53,304 nt of DNA from a virus (Duplodnaviria; Caudoviricetes): the IMG/VR virus record IMGVR_UViG_3300037606_000271, positions 1 through 53,304 of that record; one strand, 5' to 3'. The notes under the pieces are model-generated. The model ran no database searches. It worked only from the letters and a program-made list of their open reading frames with translations, and was not told the DNA's origin. Position 1 is the stretch's first letter. Each line of letters begins with the position of its first letter. This document shows, piece after piece, positions 49,801-53,304 of the stretch. A program made the translations under genes and the position numbers.

Positions 49801-51231
49801 TTATTGTATTCTAAAGTTTATAGGATCGCCATTTTTTAAAGTTTCTTTTTCCTCAGCTGTTAAAGGTTGTCCCATACCTCTCTTAATTAAAGCATCATTA
49901 AAAGGTGTGCTAGGATCAAAGTCATCATACATAGTGGATAACAAAGCAATAGTTTCTTCTCTTGTAGCGTCTGTAATGTTTTTATTATTCTCTCTTCTGG
50001 AACGTCTATCAAGATCAGAAATAACAGTTTGTAATTGTCTTTCATTATTCATATCAGTAGCTCCTTCGTTTTGCTGATTGTTCATTCTATTCTGCTGTAA
50101 AGTCTGTTTATTATCTTGTCCTACTCCAGCTTCAAACTGAGCTTTTTGAGAAGCTATGTTGTTACTTAATTGCTGCTCTTGCATTGTAATACCAGCTAAA
50201 CCTTGCTGTAAATTACCTACTCTTTGTGCTTCTCTATTAGCAAATGAATTATAACTCCCAGAACTATTACGATTAACATTTCTTAATTGATTTGATGATT
50301 GTGACATTTGTTGACGCATAGGATCCAGGTTAGAATTAAGTTTATTTAATTCTTTTCTTGCTGGTCCGTAATCAGTCATAATAGGATCTTCTCTATCAGC
50401 GCTTTTAAGCATTCCTAAGCTACTCCCAGCTAAAGATAAGTTACGTAGTGTATCTAAAGTTTTAAGTGGATTAGAAGTGCTCTCAGGGGTCTTAGATTCT
50501 ATTGTGGAAGGCACTGGTGGAGTTCTTAGTTTAGCTTCACTTACAAATCTTTTTTCAAGCCCTGTATCTAAAGGTTGAATAATTTGATTAATAGGTTTAA
50601 TTCTAGGATCTGATTTCACTTCTTGAAAAGGTAATTGAGGTATTTTTTGCATTGGCGCATCAGAAGCCAATGAATAATTTTTAGGACTTAAACTAAATAA
50701 ACCTTGTAAAGGATCACTACTTACAAATCCACCAGCATTATATTTCTTAATTACACCTCCTTTGCTAAATTTAGTAGCTTTCATTTGTCCTTCTTGTTTC
50801 TTTTTCATTTCATTATCTTTTTCGATACGTTGTATGCTTAATTCCAAAGCATTTTTTTGTAAGTTATCTGTGTTGGCTTTAGAATACTTTTTAGTAAGCA
50901 TATTAACTTTCTCAGTATCTTCTGGAGTAAATATATAAGTAGGGTTTTTTTTATTTAATCTTGTATAAGTATATTTAGATTCATTAGTTTCAATTTCATT
51001 GTTTCCATTAGGGTCAGGAATACCTTCATTGTTGACTAGTTGCCCTCCTTGCTCATGTGTTGGAGCACTGTACTTATTATTGCCTCTAATTTTTCCTCCT
51101 TTTTTAAACACTTCTCTTGAATTTTCTTGATACTGTTTAGGTGGATTATATGGTCCTTGAAATAAAGACTTTAAAGAATTGATTGTGCTTACTGCTGTGG
51201 GGATTGCCCCTATTAATGTTAATGGGTCCAT
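49801..51231 (-). CDS. Virion cargo/internal protein (476 aa) with repeated aromatic-x-x-GG motifs
   Basis: FKKGG, FSKGG, YNAGG, PTHEQGG...EIE motifs; Gln/Asn-rich helical C-half. Confidence 0.7.
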   Translation of the reverse strand: MDPLTLIGAIPTAVSTINSLKSLFQGPYNPPKQYQENSREVFKKGGKIRGNNKYSAPTHEQGGQLVNNEGIPDPNGNNEIETNESKYTYTRLNKKNPTYIFTPEDTEKVNMLTKKYSKANTDNLQKNALELSIQRIEKDNEMKKKQEGQMKATKFSKGGVIKKYNAGGFVSSDPLQGLFSLSPKNYSLASDAPMQKIPQLPFQEVKSDPRIKPINQIIQPLDTGLEKRFVSEAKLRTPPVPSTIESKTPESTSNPLKTLDTLRNLSLAGSSLGMLKSADREDPIMTDYGPARKELNKLNSNLDPMRQQMSQSSNQLRNVNRNSSGSYNSFANREAQRVGNLQQGLAGITMQEQQLSNNIASQKAQFEAGVGQDNKQTLQQNRMNNQQNEGATDMNNERQLQTVISDLDRRSRRENNKNITDATREETIALLSTMYDDFDPSTPFNDALIKRGMGQPLTAEEKETLKNGDPINFRIQ

Positions 51232-53303
51232 TATCTAATTGATTGTTGTTTGCTTTGTTGTAACAAGTAGTGAGTCATTCTTCTATCTGTTCTAGGTCTG
51301 TAACTTAATCTTGCTATTGTGTACTTTTCTTTAAAAATAGGTTTGTCATAATGCTCTCCTTCTAATCTTACGTTAATAAAGTTCTTATCTGTATAAGCAG
51401 AATTACAAGCTTTTTCTGTGACTATACTTGAAATTGAATTATCCCAGATATTAGATATACTATGATTTTTATCTGTAATTTTAACAGCTCTTGTGTCAGG
51501 TATATAAAATAAAGAATCATATGGTCCTCCAATATAAAGACTTAATCTACCAGATGATTGATTTGAGTTGTAAACAATAAGATCAGAAAATGAGTCAATA
51601 ACTTCATTGTCATTTTCATAAAACTCAGTGTAGTGTTTTAATGATATTAAATTTTGAGTAATCAATTGTTTGGTTGTTTGCTCAATAACAGGATGAAGAA
51701 AATTAGAATCTATTTCGTGAACTTTGATGACATTATTATAAGTAGAATAAAACTGAGTAGAATTATTTAAATAAAAGTCAGGATTATATTCATGCCAACA
51801 AGTGAAAGTTTGAGCATTTAACGAGTAACTTAATGTATGATAAGGTTGACATTCATTATTTCTAATAGTAGCAATTAACCTGTGATAAAAAGGATCAAAA
51901 GCCATAGTCACTTGAGATGATTCAAAAGTATTATTCTTAAACCAATTCATCATACCATTATTAGATATGCTTCTAAATCCGTCTGTAATAGCATTTAAAG
52001 AGCCTCTAAGACCATCTATCCAAAAGTAGCCATACTCATTGTTAATAGTACCTGTCTTTGATTGTAGACCTCCGTAGCCATAGTCTGTTTGTATAATCTC
52101 TTGTGGAGGGATAGATAAAAAGTCTCCTGTTTGTAATTGAGCAACTAATTCATTAGTTGATAAGTATTGAGGATTAGGAGTAAGTACATAAGTAGTTTGA
52201 GTAGTGTGTACATATAACCTACCATTTTTATATTTAAGTCCTGTAATAGGCCCTGTGTTAGCAGGTAAATCAATGTAATCATTTGTATTACTTATAAGAT
52301 AAGAATCACTTAATTCTTCTTGAAATGATTGAGGGGAATATATAATTCTTGTAGGGTTCTTTGATCTACACCGGTTACAATAGTCATAAGTTAATGGCAA
52401 TGGAAAGTAAGATTTAATTGATCCATAAGTATATCCTTGATTAAGAATATATTCTTCTTGAGATACAATAGAGCGACCATCATCACCTTTAGAAGCTACA
52501 TAATTAAGATTACCAGAAGGTAAATAATGTTCTCCAGCTAATAAGTTATAATTAAGTATAGACTCTACGTAAATACCTTCTACTGCTTTGCCTGAAATAA
52601 AAGTACCATTAAGAATTTCAACATCAGCTACATCGTTTGCAAAAAAGCCATTTATTGCATCAGCCTCAAAAAATGAAAAATTAGAGATAAATGTATCACC
52701 TTGATAAAGATTATTTTTTTTAACTAACGGCTTATAAACTAAAGATTGTAAATTTGAATTTACAGATATGATTCTTTTATTTACACTATAAAACATATAA
52801 TCTACAGCTCTGTCTGGTGACGCACCTGCTCCACCAGTATAAGGACCTTGTGAAGATATGTCATAATTATTAGTTGCTCTACTGTTTAAAAAGTTTAATA
52901 TTTCTCTATAAAACGTTGTAGAGTCAGTAGATTTAGGTTGAATATAAGCATTGTTCTCATAAAAATTATAATGATTTACAGTAGCATTAACTTCTAATGT
53001 TTGTTTTAATAATCGTATAAAATCATATCCATTCACATCTTCAATTTGTTCAAACGAACTAAACACTACTTTATACCGAGTACTTATATCAAAGTATTGA
53101 CCTTTAATGTTTTGCTCAAGAAATGATCTAGGTGAGTTAAAATAATGTATTAATCTTTCTTCTCCATTATCAAAATCTTCATTTATATCATAATGAGCAT
53201 GTAAATAACCAGAATCAAGAACTGTAGAATTAGAATCAGTTCTAGCTACATAAAATATTTCATGTGAATCATATCCGTTAGGATAAATAATATTAGTAAA
53301 AGC
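51231..53303 (-). CDS. Tail stabilisation / tail tubular (P22 gp10-like) protein, 5'-truncated
   Basis: Frame stays open past 53066 to the window edge; beta-rich; GDTFIS, RIIYS, GPITGL, YGYFWID, ISNNGMMNWF, FDPFY, WHEYNP motifs. Confidence 0.7.
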   Translation of the reverse strand, partial: AFTNIIYPNGYDSHEIFYVARTDSNSTVLDSGYLHAHYDINEDFDNGEERLIHYFNSPRSFLEQNIKGQYFDISTRYKVVFSSFEQIEDVNGYDFIRLLKQTLEVNATVNHYNFYENNAYIQPKSTDSTTFYREILNFLNSRATNNYDISSQGPYTGGAGASPDRAVDYMFYSVNKRIISVNSNLQSLVYKPLVKKNNLYQGDTFISNFSFFEADAINGFFANDVADVEILNGTFISGKAVEGIYVESILNYNLLAGEHYLPSGNLNYVASKGDDGRSIVSQEEYILNQGYTYGSIKSYFPLPLTYDYCNRCRSKNPTRIIYSPQSFQEELSDSYLISNTNDYIDLPANTGPITGLKYKNGRLYVHTTQTTYVLTPNPQYLSTNELVAQLQTGDFLSIPPQEIIQTDYGYGGLQSKTGTINNEYGYFWIDGLRGSLNAITDGFRSISNNGMMNWFKNNTFESSQVTMAFDPFYHRLIATIRNNECQPYHTLSYSLNAQTFTCWHEYNPDFYLNNSTQFYSTYNNVIKVHEIDSNFLHPVIEQTTKQLITQNLISLKHYTEFYENDNEVIDSFSDLIVYNSNQSSGRLSLYIGGPYDSLFYIPDTRAVKITDKNHSISNIWDNSISSIVTEKACNSAYTDKNFINVRLEGEHYDKPIFKEKYTIARLSYRPRTDRRMTHYLLQQSKQQSIR

Positions 53304-53304
53304 A

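Noticed and set aside
31272-50077. + strand ORFs inside the giant - strand genes (e.g. 41254..41859, 46969..47319)
   Set aside because: Antisense shadow frames rich in Ser/Leu/Ile/Phe, fully overlapping well-supported genes.
51231-53066. GTG at 53066 as the start of the tail protein
   Set aside because: The frame remains open to the window end, so the gene starts outside the window.
1-53304. CRISPR array, DGR, retron or invertible-repeat system
   Set aside because: No regularly spaced repeats, reverse transcriptase or recombinase seen by eye; a computational self-alignment was not possible.

Overview
AT-rich 53-kb fragment of a crAss-like (Crassvirales / phi14:2-type) bacteriophage genome. 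The host is probably Bacteroidota (inferred from gene content; not visible in the sequence). Two convergent arms meet at a bidirectional terminator (~28.2 kb). The + arm has small early genes, a tRNA-Arg(TCT), a structured intergenic RNA candidate, a membrane-protein/GH73 hydrolase cluster and the replication module (PolB, SF2 helicase, DnaB-like helicase, AAA_24 ATPase, SSB-like protein, primase, resolvase, exonuclease), followed by rIIA/rIIB, macrodomain and MazG-like genes. Four group I introns interrupt PolB (two), the SF2 helicase and DnaB. Their splice junctions can be reconstructed to the base; three encode homing endonucleases (two GIY-YIG, one LAGLIDADG) and one is ORF-less. The - arm encodes a partial tail-stabilisation protein and five virion cargo/ejection proteins, including a 3035-aa virion RNA polymerase (DFDID motif). 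Most notable observations: (i) a ~940-aa nested insert in the RNAP carrying zincin, nucleotidyltransferase and PD-(D/E)XK domains; (ii) a complete PP2C/PPM phosphatase domain inside the 2150-aa ejection protein; (iii) the only cysteines I find in the five cargo proteins sit at the abutting termini of the three giant proteins, suggesting a head-to-tail linked ejection chain. All family calls come from motif recognition, not database searches.
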